This document shows, in pieces, positions 25,071 to 39,115 of a stretch of 64,000 nucleotides of DNA. The stretch is taken from positions 29,450,001-29,514,000 of the forward strand of contig NW_027362762.1 in NCBI RefSeq assembly GCF_046119375.1, in the 5' to 3' direction. Positions within the stretch are counted from its first letter, which is position 1, and every line of letters begins with the position of its first letter. Origin of the DNA: Phyllobates terribilis. Lineage: Eukaryota. A program made the translations under genes and the position numbers. Below the pieces are notes generated by a model that was given only the letters and a program-made list of their open reading frames with translations, made no database searches and was not told the origin of the DNA.

Positions 25071-27165
25071 ACTGTTATAGGACGTTACACCAGTGAGATG
25101 AGCCAAAAAAGGTGATTTTTGGTAAAAGTCACATGTCTTGAATCTGTCTAATACATCTGGATAAGCAAATTGTCAAAAAAAGAAATAAAAAAACATTTAA
25201 AAAGAAATAAAACTTAACACGTGACACAAATTGTATAAAGAATAAAGCGCAAATACTAAAGAGCTGACAAATAAGAAAATGAATCCAGAAAAGTGAAAAA
25301 CAGCAACTATGAATTGGGAGTCAGAACCTTTGTCCCCAATTCCTCAAAGCGATTCCGGCAAAATTCTGCTGTAAATCGCTTTGAAAATTCACAGAATTGT
25401 TCGTGCAAAATTTCGCGACTTTTAACGTTTTTGAGTCAGTTTCTCCCAGCTCCGTCGAAAAGGCTTACAGGGGCGTAAGAGTACAGCTCGCCTAATTTTG
25501 GACCAGCCGTGTCGTACCTGACTGTGGTAAGATTTGTGGCTTAACGCAGAGAGACGCAGAACACTTCACAACTCGCCTGATTCACTAACATTTATGCGCC
25601 TCACACCCCACACCACCCTCACGAAAGACGCCGGTCTGGATGAATCGGGGTCATAATATGCAGTTGTCATCTCAGATTCTGTACATTCCTGGTGTCAGGA
25701 ACCTGCCCTCGGGGCATCACCGATCTTATGTAACAAAGTCTAATCACCCTGAATGACAAGTTCTACAACTTTCTCATAGACTTTGCTTCTAGAATTCTGC
25801 TCGCTGTCAGAGGATGACAAAACTCTATGTTTACATTTGAAGACTAAAAACCATAACTTGTCCTGAGCTTTACCCGGGGGGGATCGTACCCAGTCCAGAA
25901 ATATTCTCCGATGAAGACTGGACGCCAGCCTGATACATTGTAGCTCACAGAGCATTGTCCAGGCTGGACACAACTGTAACAATTCTGAAGCTGGTAAGAA
26001 ATTGATCAAGGAGGGTTTCGAAAAATTGCAATTGATGTATCAGTCAAAAACATCTAGAAATCCCAAAAATCAGCTCATAGTGGCGAACATAAGATAAAAC
26101 CAGGCAAACACGTGTAACATAGACTCCAAAAAGAAGAATTACAGCTAATGAAAAAAAGTCTAAAAATATCGAAAACAAGACAAAAAATGCAATAAGGAAT
26201 TGGGCCAAAATGACTCCGGAAGATATGTGGAAAAAACACATTGAAGTAAAAAGCAGAAAATTAGTTCAACCACAAATCAAAAAAGTCGCTAATTGAGACG
26301 TATTCATGGCAAAAAACTGATGGAAATGCAGTGATGAATCGGGCCTGAAGTGTGCACATGCCCCAAAGCTTCATATGCAGCTTTAATTTTAGATTTTTTT
26401 CTGCACCTCTCATCATAAAAAAGGCACCAACGGTTCCTCATCAAAATGTGCAGTTTTAATTGTTTTCTGTGTGATTTGTAGGTGATTTTTGTGACTATTG
26501 TAACTGTTTTTCATTAGTTTTTTAATAATTTTCTAGAAATAAAAATCTCCTGACTTGTACCTGTAATAAACAGGAGTAAAGAAATGCAGCGGTCCCTGTC
26601 TGAGACCACCAATGACTGAACCATTTCCTAGATAAGGAACCCTAACCCACATCCGCGCTCTCAGCTCGCAGTCTACAGTCATATTATACGGGGTCCGGAC
26701 ATCAGACTTTAGTGCTCATACTGGATGACCCTGAGTGGTCTTAACTCTTTTACGTGGATATATTGTATATATGGTGGTCTTAAGTCTATCATTTGCTGCT
26801 CTGTTTCTTTGGCCGACCCCTGCATCTACAGTCCTCAACGTTGCCCATTTCTTAATGCTTCTTTAAAGGAGCTTAAAAGGCGCATCACTAAGCCCCAGTC
26901 CGCTGTGAGATCTTGTCCCTGGGGGGAGATGTTGCTGATACATCCCAAACATCCAACCAGTCTGTAAGAATAAGGAATCGAGGAGATGATGATCCGGCCC
27001 TGGAGCCCTGATCTCACATCATCCCGTCTTTCTGGGATCACATGAAGAGACAGAAGGATCCGCACCAGCCTCAAACACAGAAGATATGGTGGAAGTTCTC
27101 CAAGAGGTTTGGCACAACCTCCTGCCGAGATCCTGCATAACCTGTGAACAAGTGACGAGAAGAAG

Positions 27166-30100
27166 TGAAGGCGACGGGCGGTCACCAGATACTGATGATG
27201 GAGGCGACGGGTGGTCACCGGATACTGATGATGCAGGCGACGGGCGGTCACCAGATACTGATGATGCAGGCGACGGGTGGTCACCGGATACTGATGATGG
27301 AGGTGATGGGCGGTCACCAGATACTGATGATGGAGGGGACAGGCAGTCACCAGATACTGATGATGGAGGTGACGGGCGATCACCAGATACTGATGATGGA
27401 GGCGACGGGCGGTCACCAGATACTGATGATGGAGGTGACGGGCGATCACCAGATACTGATGATGGAGGTGACGGGCGGTCACCAGATACTGATGATGCAG
27501 GCGACGGGTGGTCACCTGATGCTGATGATGGATGCAGTGTGCGGTCACCAGATACTAATGATGGAGGTGACGGGCGGTCACCAGATACTGATGATGGAGG
27601 TGACGGGCGGTCACCAGATACTAATGATGGAGGCGACGGGCGGTCACCAGATACTGATGATGGAGGTGACGGGCGATCACCAGATACTGATGATGGAGGT
27701 GACGGGCGGTCACCAGATACTGATGATGGAGGTGACGGGCGATCACCAGATACTGATGATGGAGGTGACGGGCGGTCACCAGATACTGATGATGGAGGCG
27801 ACGGGTGGTCACCGGATGCTGATGATGGAGGCAGTGTGCGGTCACCAGATACTAATGATGGAGGCGACGGGCGGTCACCAGATACTGATGATGGAGGTGA
27901 TGGGCGGTCACCAGATACTGATGATGGAGGTGACGGGCGATCACCAGATACTGATGATGGAGGTGACGGGCGGTCACCAGATACTCATGATGGAGGCGAC
28001 GGGTAGTCACCGGATGCTGATGATGGAGGCAGTGTGCGATCACCAGATACTAATGATGGAGGTGACGGGCGGTCACCAGATACTGATGATGGAGGTGATG
28101 GGCGGAAACCAGACACTGATGATGGAGGTGATGGGCAGTCACCAGACACCGATGATGGAGGTGACGGGCGGTCATCAGATACTGATGATGGAGGTGATGG
28201 GATGTCACCAGACACTGATGATGGTTGTGATGGGCGCTCACCAGAAACTGATGAAGGAGATGACGGGTGGTCACCAGATACTGATGATGGAGGTGATGGG
28301 CGGTCACCAGATACTGATGACTGATGATGGAGGTGATGGACGTTCACCAGATACTGATGATGGAGGCAACGGGCGGTCACCGGATGCTGATGATGGATCC
28401 GACGGGCAGTCACCAGATACTGATGATGGAGGCAATGGGCGGTCACCAGATACTGATGATGGAGGCAACTGGCGGTCACCAGATACTGATGATGGAGGCG
28501 ACGGGCGATCACCAGATACTGATGATGGAGGCGATGGGTGGTCACCGGATGCTGATGATGGAGGCGATGGGCAGTCACCAGTTACTGATGATGGAGTCGA
28601 CGGGCGGTCACCAGATACTGATGATGGAGGTGATGGGCGGTCACCAGAAACTGATGATGGAGGTGATGGGCGCTCACCAGAAACTGATAAAGGAGATGAC
28701 GGGTGGTCACCAGTTACTGATGATGGAGGTGATGGGCGGTCACCAGATTCTGATGATTGATGATGGAGGTAATGGGCGTTCACCAGATACTGATGATGGA
28801 GGCGACGGGCGGTCACCAGATACTGATGACGGAGACGGGCGGTCACCAGATACTGATGATGGAGGAGATGGGCGGTCACCAGATACTGATGATGTAGGGG
28901 ACGGGCGGTCACCGGATGCTGATGATGGATCCGACGGACAGTCACCAGATACTGATGATGGAGGCAACGGGCAGTCACCAGATACTGATGATGGAGGCAA
29001 CTGGCGGTCACCAGATACTGATGATGGAGGCAACGGGTGGTCACCAGATACTGATGATGGAGGGGACGGGCGGTCACCAGATACTGATGATGGAGGGGAT
29101 GGGCGGTCACCAGATACTGATGATGGAAGCGATGGGTGGTCACCAGTTACTGATGTAGGGGACGGGCAGTCACCGGATGCTTATGATGGATCCGACGGGC
29201 AGTCACCAGCTACTGATGATGGAGGCAATGGGCGGTCACCAGATACTGATGATGGAGGCAACTGGCGGTCACCAGATACTGATGATGGAGGCGACGGGCG
29301 ATCACCAGATACTGATGATGGAGGCGACGGGTGATTAACCAATGCTGATGATGGAGGCGACGGGCAGTCACCAGTTACTGATGATGGAGTCGACGGGCAG
29401 TCACCAGATACTGATGATAGATGTGATGGGCGGTCACCAGAAACTGATGATGGAGGTGATGGGCGCTCACCAGAAACTGATGAAGGAGATGACGGGTGGT
29501 CACCAGATACTGATGATGGAGGTGATGGGCGGTCACCAGATACTGATGATTGATGATGGAGGTAATGGGCCTTCACCAGATACTGATGATGGAGGCGACG
29601 GGCGGTCACCAGATATTGATGACGGAGACGGGCGGTCACCAGATACTGATGATGGAGGAGATGGGCAGTCACTAGATACTGATGAAGGAGGTGATGGGTG
29701 ATCACTAGATACTGATAACAGACATGGGCGGTCACCAGATATTGATGATGGAGGAGATGGGCGGTCACTAGATACTGATGATGGAGGTGATGGAAACTGA
29801 TAATAAAGATGATGGGCAGTCACCGGATACTGATGATGGAGGCAGTGTGCGGTCACCAGATACTAATGATGGAGGAGACGGGCGGTCACCAGATACTGAT
29901 GATGGAGGTGATGGGCGGTCACCAGATACTGATGATGGAGGTGACGGGCGATCACCAGATACTGATGATGGAGGTGACGGGCGGTCACCAGATACTGATG
30001 ATGGAGGCGACGGGTAGTCACCAGATGCTGATGATGGAGGCAGTGTGCGATCACCAGATACTAATGATGGAGGTGACGGGCGGTCACCAGATACTGATGA

Positions 30101-33100
30101 TGGAGGTGATGGGCGGAAACCAGACACTGATGATGGAGGTGATGGGCAGTCACCAGACACTGATGATGGAGGTGATGGGCGGTCATCAGATACTGATGAT
30201 GGAGGTGATGGGATGTCACCAGACACTGATGATGGTTGTGATGGGCGCTCACCAGAAACTGATGAAGGAGATGACGGGTGGTCACCAGATACTGATGATG
30301 GAGGTGATGGGCGGTCACCAGATACTGATGACTGATGATGGAGGTGATGGACGTTCACCAGATACTGATGATGGAGGCAACGGGCGGTCACCGGATGCTG
30401 ATGATGGATCCGACGGGCAGTCACCAGATACTGATGATGGAGGCAATGGGCGGTCACCAGATACTGATGATGGAGGCAACTGGCGGTCACCAGATACTGA
30501 TGATGGAGGCGACGGGCGATCACCAGATACTGATGATGGAGGCGATGGGTGGTCACCGGATGCTGATGATGGAGGCGATGGGCAGTCACCAGTTACTGAT
30601 GATGGAGTCGACGGGCGGTCACCAGATACTGATGATGGAGGTGATGGGCGGTCACCAGAAACTGATGATGGAGGTGATGGGCGCTCACCAGAAACTGATA
30701 AAGGAGATGACGGGTGGTCACCAGTTACTGATGATGGAGGTGATGGGCGGTCACCAGATTCTGATGATTGATGATGGAGGTAATGGGCGTTCACCAGATA
30801 CTGATGATGGAGGCGACGGGCGGTCACCAGATACTGATGACGAAGACGGGCGGTCACCAGATACTGATGATGGAGGAGATGGGCGGTCACCAGATACTGA
30901 TGATGTAGGGGACGGGCGGTCACCGGATGCTGATGATGGATCCGACGGACAGTCACCAGATACTGATGATGGAGGCAACGGGCAGTCACCAGATACTGAT
31001 GATGGAGGCAACTGGCGGTCACCAGATACTGATGATGGAGGCGACGGGTGGTCACCAGATACTGATGATGGAGGGGACGGGCGGTCACCAGATACTGATG
31101 ATGGAGGGGATGGGCGGTCACCAGATACTGATGATGGAAGCGATGGGCGGTCACCAGTTACTGATGTAGGGGACGGGCAGTTACCGGATGCTTATGATGG
31201 ATCCGACGGGCAGTCACCAGCTACTGATGATGGAGGCAATGGGCGGTCACCAGATACTGATGATGGAGGCAACTGGCGGTCACCAGATACTGATGATGGA
31301 GGCGACGGGCGATCACCAGATACTGATGATGGAGGCGACGGGTGATTAACCAATGCTGATGATGGAGGCGACGGGCAGTCACCAGTTACTGATGATGGAG
31401 TCGACGGGCAGTCACCAGATACTGATGATGGATGTGATGGGCGGTCACCAGAAACTGATGATGGAGGTGATGGGCGCTCACCAGAAACTGATGAAGGAGA
31501 TGACGGGTGGTCACCAGATACTGATGATGGAGGTGATGGGCGGTCACCAGATACTGATGATTGATGATGGAGGTAATGGTCGTTCACCAGATACTGATGA
31601 TGGAGGCGACGGGCGGTCACCAGATATTGATGACGGAGACGGGCGGTCACCAGATACTGATGATGGAGGAGATGGGCAGTCACTAGATACTGATGAAGGA
31701 GGTGATGGGTGGTCACTAGATTATGATGACAGACATGGGCGGTCACCAGATATTGATGATGGAGGAGATGGGCGGTCACTAGATACTGATGATGGAGGTG
31801 ATGGAAACTGATAATAAAGATGATGGGCAGTCACCGGATACTGATGATGGAGGTGACGGGCAGTCACCAGTTACTGATGATGGATGCAATAGGCGGTCAC
31901 CAGATACTGATGATGGATATGAAAGGTGGTCACCAGAAACTGATGATGGAGGCGAAGAGCGGTCACGAGTTATTGATGATGGAGGTGATGGGTGGTCACC
32001 AGTTACTGATGATGGAGTCGACGAGCACTCACCAGAAAATGATGATGGAGATGAAGGGCGGTCACCAGATACTGATGATAGAGATGGGCGGTCACCAGAT
32101 ACTGATAATCGAGGAGATGGGCGGTCACTAGATACTGATGATGGAGGTGATGGGCAGTCACCAGATATTGATGATGGAGGCGACGGGCAGTCACCAGATA
32201 TTGATGATGGAGGCGACGTGCGGTCACCAGTTACTGATGATGGAGGTAATGGGCAGCCATCAGTTACTGATGATGGAGGCGACGGGCAGTCACCAGATGC
32301 TAATAATGGAATTGACAAGCGCTCACCAGAAACTGATAATGGAGATGATGGGCAATCACGATAGACTGATGTTGGAGGTGACTGGCAGTCACCAGATACT
32401 GATGATGGATGCAAAGGGCGGTCACCAGATACTGATGATGGAGGCGATGGGTGGTCACCGGATGCTGATGATGGAGGAAACGGGCAGTCACCAGTTACTG
32501 ATGATGGAGTCGACGGGCGGTCACCAGATACTGATGATGGAGGTGATGGGCGGTCACCAGAAACTGATGATGGAGGTGATGGGCGCTCACCAGAAACTGA
32601 TAAAGGAGATGACGGGTGGTCACCAGTTACTGATGATGGAGGTGATGGGCGGTCACCAGATTCTGATGATTGATGATGGAGGTAATGGGCGTTCACCAGA
32701 TACTGATGATGGAGGCGACGGGCGGTCACCAGATACTGATGACGGAGACGGGCGGTCACCAGATACTGATGATGGAGGAGATGGGCGGTCACCAGATACT
32801 GATGATGTAGGGGATGGGCGGTCACCGGATGCTGATGATGGATCCGACGGACAGTCACCAGATACTGATGATGGAGGCAACGGGCAGTCAACAGATACTG
32901 ATGATGGAGGCAACTGGCGGTCACCAGATACTGATGATGGAGGCGACGGGTGGTCACCAGATACTGATGATGGAGGGGACGGGCGGTCACCAGATACTGA
33001 TGATGGAGGGGATGGGCGGTCACCAGATACTGATGATGGAAGCGATGGGCGGTCACCAGTTACTGATGTAGGGGACGGGCAGTCACCGGATGCTTATGAT

Positions 33101-35757
33101 GGATCCGACGGGCAGTCACCAGCTACTGATGATGGAGGCAATGGGCGGTCACCAGATACTGATGATGGAGGCAACTGGCGGTCACCAGATACTGATGATG
33201 GAGGCGACGGGCAATCACCAGATACTGATGATAGAGGCGACGGGTGATTAACCAATGCTGATGATGGAGGCGACGGGCAGTCACTAGTTACTGATGATGG
33301 AGTCGACGGGCGGTCACCAGATACTGATGATGGATGTGATGGGCGGTCACCAGAAACTGATGATGGAGGTGATGGGCGCTCACCAGAAACTGATGAAGGA
33401 GATGACGGGTGGTCACCAGATACTGATGATGGAGGTGATGGGCGGTCACCAGATACTGATGACTGATGATGGAGGTAATGGGCGTTCACCAGATACTGAT
33501 GATGGAGGCGACGGGCGGTCACCAGATATTGATGACGGAGACGGGCGGTCACCAGATACTGATGATGGAGGAGATGGGCAGTCACTAGATACTGATGAAG
33601 GAGGTGATGGGTGGTCACTAGATACTGATGACAGACATGGGCGGTCACCAGATATTGATGATGGAGGAGATGGGCGGTCGCTAGATACTGATGATGGAGG
33701 TGATGGAAACTGATAATAAAGATGATGGGCAGTCACCGGATACTGATGATGGAGGTGATGGGCAGTCACCAGTTACTGATGATGGATGCAATAGGCGGTC
33801 ACCAGACACTGATGATGGAGATGAAAGGTGGTCACCAGAAACTGATGATGGAGGCGAAGAGCGGTCACGAGCTATTGATGATGGAGGTGATGGGTGGTCA
33901 CCAGTTACTGATGATGGAGTCGACGTGCACTCACCAGAAAATGATGATGGAGATGAAGGGCGGTCACCAGATACTGATGATAAAGATGGGCGGTCACCAG
34001 ATACTGATAATGGAGGAGATGGGCGGTCACTAGATACTGATGATGGAGGTGATGGGCAGTCACCAGATATTGATGATGGAGGCGACGGGCAGTCACCAGA
34101 TATTGATGATGGAGGCAACGTGCGGTCACCAGTTACTGATGATGGAGGCAATGGGCAGCCATCAGTTACTGATGATGGAGGCGACGGGCAGTCACCAGAT
34201 GCTAATAATGGAATCGACAAGCGCTCACCAGAAACTGATAATGGAGATGATGGGCAATCACGATAGACTGATGTTGGAGGTGATTGGCAGTCACCAGATA
34301 CTGATGATGGATGCAAAGGGCGGTCACCAGATACTGATGATGGAGGAGATGGGTGGTCACAAGATACTGATGATGGAGGTGACGGGCGGTCATTAGACAT
34401 TGATGATGGAGGCAACAAGCGTTTACCAGATACTGATGATAGAAGCGACGAGCGGTTATCTGATACTGATGATGGAGACGACGAGCGATCACCAGATATT
34501 GATGATGGAGGTGAAGGGTAGTCACCAGATACTGATGATGGAGGCGATGGGTGGTCACCAGATACTGATGATGGAGGCGACGGGCGGTCACCAGATATTG
34601 ATGATGGAGGTGAAGGGTAGTCACCAGATACTGATGATGGATGCAAAGGGCGGTCACCAGATACTGATGATGGAGGAGATGGGTAGTCACCAGATACTGA
34701 TGATGGAGGTGACGGGCAGTCATTAGACATTGATGATGGAGGCGACAAGCGGTTACCAGATACTGATGATGGAGGTGACGAGCGGTTACCTGATAATGAT
34801 GATGGAGACGTCGAGCGATCACCAGATATTGATGATGGAGGTGAAGGGTAGTCACCAGATACTGATGATGGAGGTGACGGGCGGTCATCAGATATTGATG
34901 ATGGAGGTGATGGGCAATTACCAGATATTGATGATGGAGGCAACGGGCAGTCACCAGATATTGATGATGGAGGCGATGGGCCGTCACCAGAAACTGATAA
35001 TTGAGGTGACGGGCGGTCATGATAGACTGATGTTGGAGGTGACTGTGTCACGCCAGGTGTAAGTGCAACACAGAGGGAAAAGGGAGAGAGAGCCCAGACA
35101 CTCCAAATGTGCACACGGCCTCAAGCTCCAGAGAGGACGAAGTACTGCTCCTGCTAAGCTTCACAAGTAGAATGAATATAACCGGCGACGCCCTCTCAGA
35201 CACACCAGGCATATATACACCCAGGCCAGAGAGCTAATTAGCCAGAGGAAGGTAGTCACTCGGTCCTAAAGACAGCCTCCTATCTAAGCAGCTGTCTGCA
35301 ATGCCAAATGTGGAGATCTCCTGCAACCCACAGCAGGGCGACTGTCTGTCACCTCTGACACACCCGTGACAGACTGGCAGTCACTAGTTACTGATAATGG
35401 AAGTGACGGGTGCTCACCAGATACTGATGATGGAGGTGACGGGTGGTCACCAGATACTGACGATTGAGGCGATGGGCCGTCACCAGTTACAGATGATGCA
35501 GGCAACGGGTGGTCACCAGATACTGATGATGGAAGAGATGGGTGGCCACCAGATACTGATGATGAAGGAGATGAGTGGTCACCAGATACTGATGTTGGGG
35601 GTGACGAGCGGTCATTAGACATTGATGATGGAGGCGACGAGCAGTTACCAGATACTGATGATGGAGATGACGAGCGATCACCAGGTTCTGATGATGGAGG
35701 CAATGGACTGTCACTAGATACTGCTGATGGAGGTGACAGGTGGTCAGCAGATACTGA
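27166..35757. repeat. 33-bp tandem satellite, about 250 copies, with 2011/1902-bp higher-order blocks
   Basis: Unit GGGCGGTCACCAGATACTGATGATGGAGGTGAC; marker GGAAACTGATAATAAAG at 29792, 31803 and 33705. Confidence 0.97.
35046..35371. mobile_element. Small solo LTR (326 bp) inserted in the 33-bp array
   Basis: TGTCACG...CGTGACA inverted termini; 5-bp TSD GACTG (35041-35045, 35372-35376); an uninterrupted copy of the target unit exists at about 32361-32390. Confidence 0.85.
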
Positions 35758-36140
35758 GGGGATTTACATTTCTCTTCTCTTAGTTCACTTTGCATTTTGT
35801 GAATTGATGTCTTCTATGTATGAAGTTTCTTGCTCTGCAACATTTATCCCAACCTGGTTAATACTTTTGCACAGTGTTGTATATGGTGGTCTTATGTGGA
35901 CACTACATGGTGGTCATTTAGTTTATATGGCTGGGGCAGGCAGAAGTAGAAGACATATTGTCGCTTACACATAATATTTTTCAGATTCTTGTTCCCCTCC
36001 CTTCTGTAATATTTCCCCCCGCTGAGGCCCGTCAGGCACTGTCATCTTTACACCCTAATGGGGACATTCACTGTCTTCATCGTGTTTCTAACCAGTTTCT
36101 CCACCTTGTTTTAATCTTTGTCTGCATTCAGATACGTTAC

Positions 36141-36358
36141 TTGTCACGGCGCTGCAGTAATTCCGCACACGGGATCAGGCAGGGCTTCATTCCGCCCGGA
36201 TCTGTGTGTCTGGAGTTAGCGCTTATTACAGATGCATGCTCCTTGGGGATGAATATTAGTAATCGACCCCTCAACACTAAACCCATTATACTGTATGGAG
36301 GGTGCGGTGGGGCCCATGAAAGTGATACCGTGCTGCGTGAAAACACTAATGGGCTTCC
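36141..36358 (-). other. Possible orphan coding exon (unidentified)
   Basis: 218-bp open frame GSPLVFSRSTVSLSWAPPHPPYSIMGLVLRGRLLIFIPKEH...LLQRRD bounded by AG and GTAACG; not repeat-like; protein not recognised; weak polypyrimidine tract. Confidence 0.2.
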
Positions 36359-36572
36359 CTAGGGAATATTTCTGTGGGTCCTCATATAAAGGATGTGTGA
36401 GGTTAGTGAAGAGGCTTAAAATAAGAATTGTGGGAATGTGTCCCTCTTTGGGAGGACCGGTCCTGTGTGGAGCATGTGAAGGAGCTGAGATCCTACACCT
36501 CACACCTTCATGTGAGATCCTAGAAGTCCTGAAAGCAGAACAGCTTGAACTGGGGTGAGAAACAAGACGTCG

Positions 36573-38146
36573 CCAGCTCCTCTCCCAGCTTCTCAACCAG
36601 CTCCTCTCTCAGCTCCTCTCCCAGCTCAGCACCTCTCCCAGCTCCTCTCTCAGCTCCTCTCCCAGCTCCTCACCCAGCTCTTCTCCCAGCTCTTCTCCCA
36701 GCTCTTCTCCCAGCTCCTCTCCCAGCTCCTCACCCAGCTCCCCTCCCAGCTCCTCACTCAGCTCCTCTCCCAGCTCCTCTCCCACCTCCTCACCCAGCTC
36801 CTCTCCCAGCTCCTCAGCCAGCTCCCCTCCCAGCTCCTCACTCAGCTCCTCTCCCAGCTCCTCTCACAGCTTCTCTCTCAGCTCCTCTATCAGCTCTTCT
36901 CCCAGCTCCTCACCCAGCTCCTCTCTCAGCTCATCTCCCAGCTCCTCTCCCAGCTTCTCTTCCAGCTCCTTTCCCAGCTCCTCTGTCAGCTCCTCTCCCA
37001 GCTCCTCTCCCAGCTCTTCACCCAGCTCTTCACCCAGCTCCTCACCCAGCTCCTCACCCAGCTTCTCTCCCAGCTCCTCTCCCAGCTTCTCTTCCAGCTC
37101 CTCTCCCAGCTTCTCTTCCAGCTCCTTTCCCAGGTCCTCTCCCAGCTCCTCTCACAGTTCCTCTCCCAGCTCCTCTCCCAGCTCTTCACCCAACTCTTCA
37201 CCCAGCTCCTCACCCAGCTCCTCACCCAGCTCCTCTCCCATCTTCTCTCCCAGCTCCTCTCCCAGCTCATCTCCCAGATTCTCTCCCAGCTCCTCTCCCA
37301 GCTCCTCTCCCATCTTCTCTCCCAGCTCTTCTCCCATCTTCTCTCCCAGCTCCTCTCCCAGCTCCTCTTCCAGCTCCTCTTCCAGCTCCTCTCGCAGCTC
37401 CTCTCCCAGCTCATCTCCCAGCTCTTCTCCCACCTCTTCTCTCAGCTTCTCTCCCAGCTCCTCTCTCAGCTCAGCTCCTCTCTCAGCTCCTCTCCCAGCT
37501 TCTCTCCCAGCTTCTCTCCCAGCTTCTCTCCCAGCTCCTCTCAGCTCAGCTCCTCTCCCAGCTCCTCTCTCAGCTCCTCTCCCAGCTCCTCTCTCAGCTC
37601 CTCTCCCAGCTCCTCTCTCAGCTCCTCTCCCAGCTCCTCTCTCAGCTTCTCTCCCAGCTCCTCTCCCAGCTCCTCTCCCCACTCCTCTCCCAGCTCCTTT
37701 CTCAGCTCCTCTCCCAGCTCCTCTCCCAGCTCCTCTCCCAGCTCCTCTCCCAGCATCTCTCCCAGCTCCTCTCCCCACTCCTCTCCCCGCTCCTCTCCCA
37801 GCTTCTCTCTCAGCTCCTCTCCCAGCTCCTCTCCCAGCTTCTCTCTCAGCTCCTCTCCCAGCTCCTCTCCCAGCAACTCTCCCAGCTCCTTTCCCAGAAC
37901 CTCTCCCAGCTTCTCTCCCAGCTCCTCTCCCAGCTCCTCTCACAGCTTCTCTCCCAGCTCCTCTCCCAGCTCCTCTCCCAACTTCTCTCCCAGCTTCTCT
38001 CCCAGCTCCTCTCTCAGCTCCTCTTCCATCTTCTCTCCCAGCTCCTCTCCCAGTTCCTCTCCCCGCTCCTTTCCCAGCTCCTCTCCCAGCTTCTCTCCCA
38101 GCTCCTCTCCCAGCTCCTCTTCCAGCTCCTCTCCCAGCTTCTCTCC
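36573..38146. repeat. 12-bp minisatellite (CAGCTCCTCTCC)n, about 130 copies
   Basis: Seen directly; a remnant of about 1.5 units continues at 49877-49895 beyond the Gypsy insertion. Confidence 0.97.
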
Positions 38147-38147
38147 C

Positions 38148-39115
38148 TGCCCTGGGCCTTGGGGATACCCGGAGCCGGGCCTTGTAGATGCTGGGGGTTG
38201 TAGTCAACGTAGCGGCGACCCGGTCCGTGACCCAGGGTGGTCAAACCAGGGTAGTCTATGTGTATCTGGTTTAAATAGTCCGACTACGCCACCTGTGGAT
38301 TGCGGTTATTGGGAACCGCCGCTGCGGAGCAGTCCACTGAAGCTGGTGGTATGTGCAGCAAGGTGATGTGACTCCCCACAGGAAGAGTGGAGCTTCAGGG
38401 CAGCGTGTATGGATGATGGTGGTGATAGTGTCGGGATCAGTAATGACAACACGGAGTCTTTGCAGTGCAGTCCTAGGGTCTTTACTGGTGGTAATTATAT
38501 AGGCCCCAACGGGAGTACTTGCTAGGGATGAGGGCCTGGTCAGTCTGGGAGCAATCCTAGAATTCCTCTGGTCAGGTGGAGTTGTAGGCCTGCCGTTCTG
38601 ACTCTACTCTTTGGCTATCCCGCTTATAGTCGTGTTGTAGCCCGCGTCCCTGAGTGTGACGTGCTGTGCTCACCCGTATGGCTGGCGACTCGGATGCCGT
38701 GTATTCCTCGCTCCTCTGTGGCGGTACTGGTCCTTTCGTGTGGCTGAGCCTCCGGGCTTCTGGGAGACAGGAGACCTGCAATCTTCTGCCATGCAGTATC
38801 TGCTGCTGGGCTTGAAGGGTCCCACAGCCTCGGACTCCGGTGTCTGGTCCTCTGTGTACACTGGCCAGGACGAGCTCTGCACAGCTCCAGTCCCTGGCTT
38901 CTTACTCCTGTGTCCTGCTTGACTCCTGACACTGTCTAGACTCAGACTGACTAACCCCGCCCCCAGATCCAGTTATATAGGGCAGGATCCTCCCCTTTTC
39001 TGGTCTGGAGCAGGAGTTGTTGCATGTAGTGTGTTCCCTGACCAGGAAACTCCTGTTTTGCTCCCAGACATGGTATTACTACCACTGTAGCAACCAGACC
39101 CCCTGGGGTGCCACA
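38148..39115 (-). mobile_element. 3' LTR of the Gypsy element (terminal bases eroded)
   Basis: Begins TGTGGCACCCC next to the PPT; matches the 5' LTR; the expected terminal TGACGCGC is missing at the array junction. Confidence 0.92.

Larger units (their letters stand above)
26975..35879 (+). mobile_element. Tc1 remnant hosting the 33-bp array
   Basis: Left of the array: AGCCCTGATCTC (SPDL) and EDMVEVLQEVWHNL...RR. Right of the array: TTCACTTTGCATTTTG and a TIR-like end CTTTTGCACAGTGTTG followed by TA (35880-35881). Confidence 0.72.

Noticed and set aside
25300-26350. Possible Harbinger/Kolobok MITE ends (GATGAATCGGG, TGATACATTGTAGC)
   Set aside because: No paired TIRs or TSDs could be established, so no element is called.
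27086-35703. Asp/Gly-rich (DSPP-like), Ser/Pro mucin-like or His-rich repeat proteins
   Set aside because: Every frame is broken by stops and non-triplet indels (for example the 4-nt insertion in GATGATTGATGAT); a Tc1 origin explains the unit.
36545-38366. 552-aa and 603-aa low-complexity ORFs (PAPL, QLLS, SSSP)
   Set aside because: The 12-bp unit is stop-free in all six frames, 5-nt insertions shift frames, and the ORFs run into an LTR.
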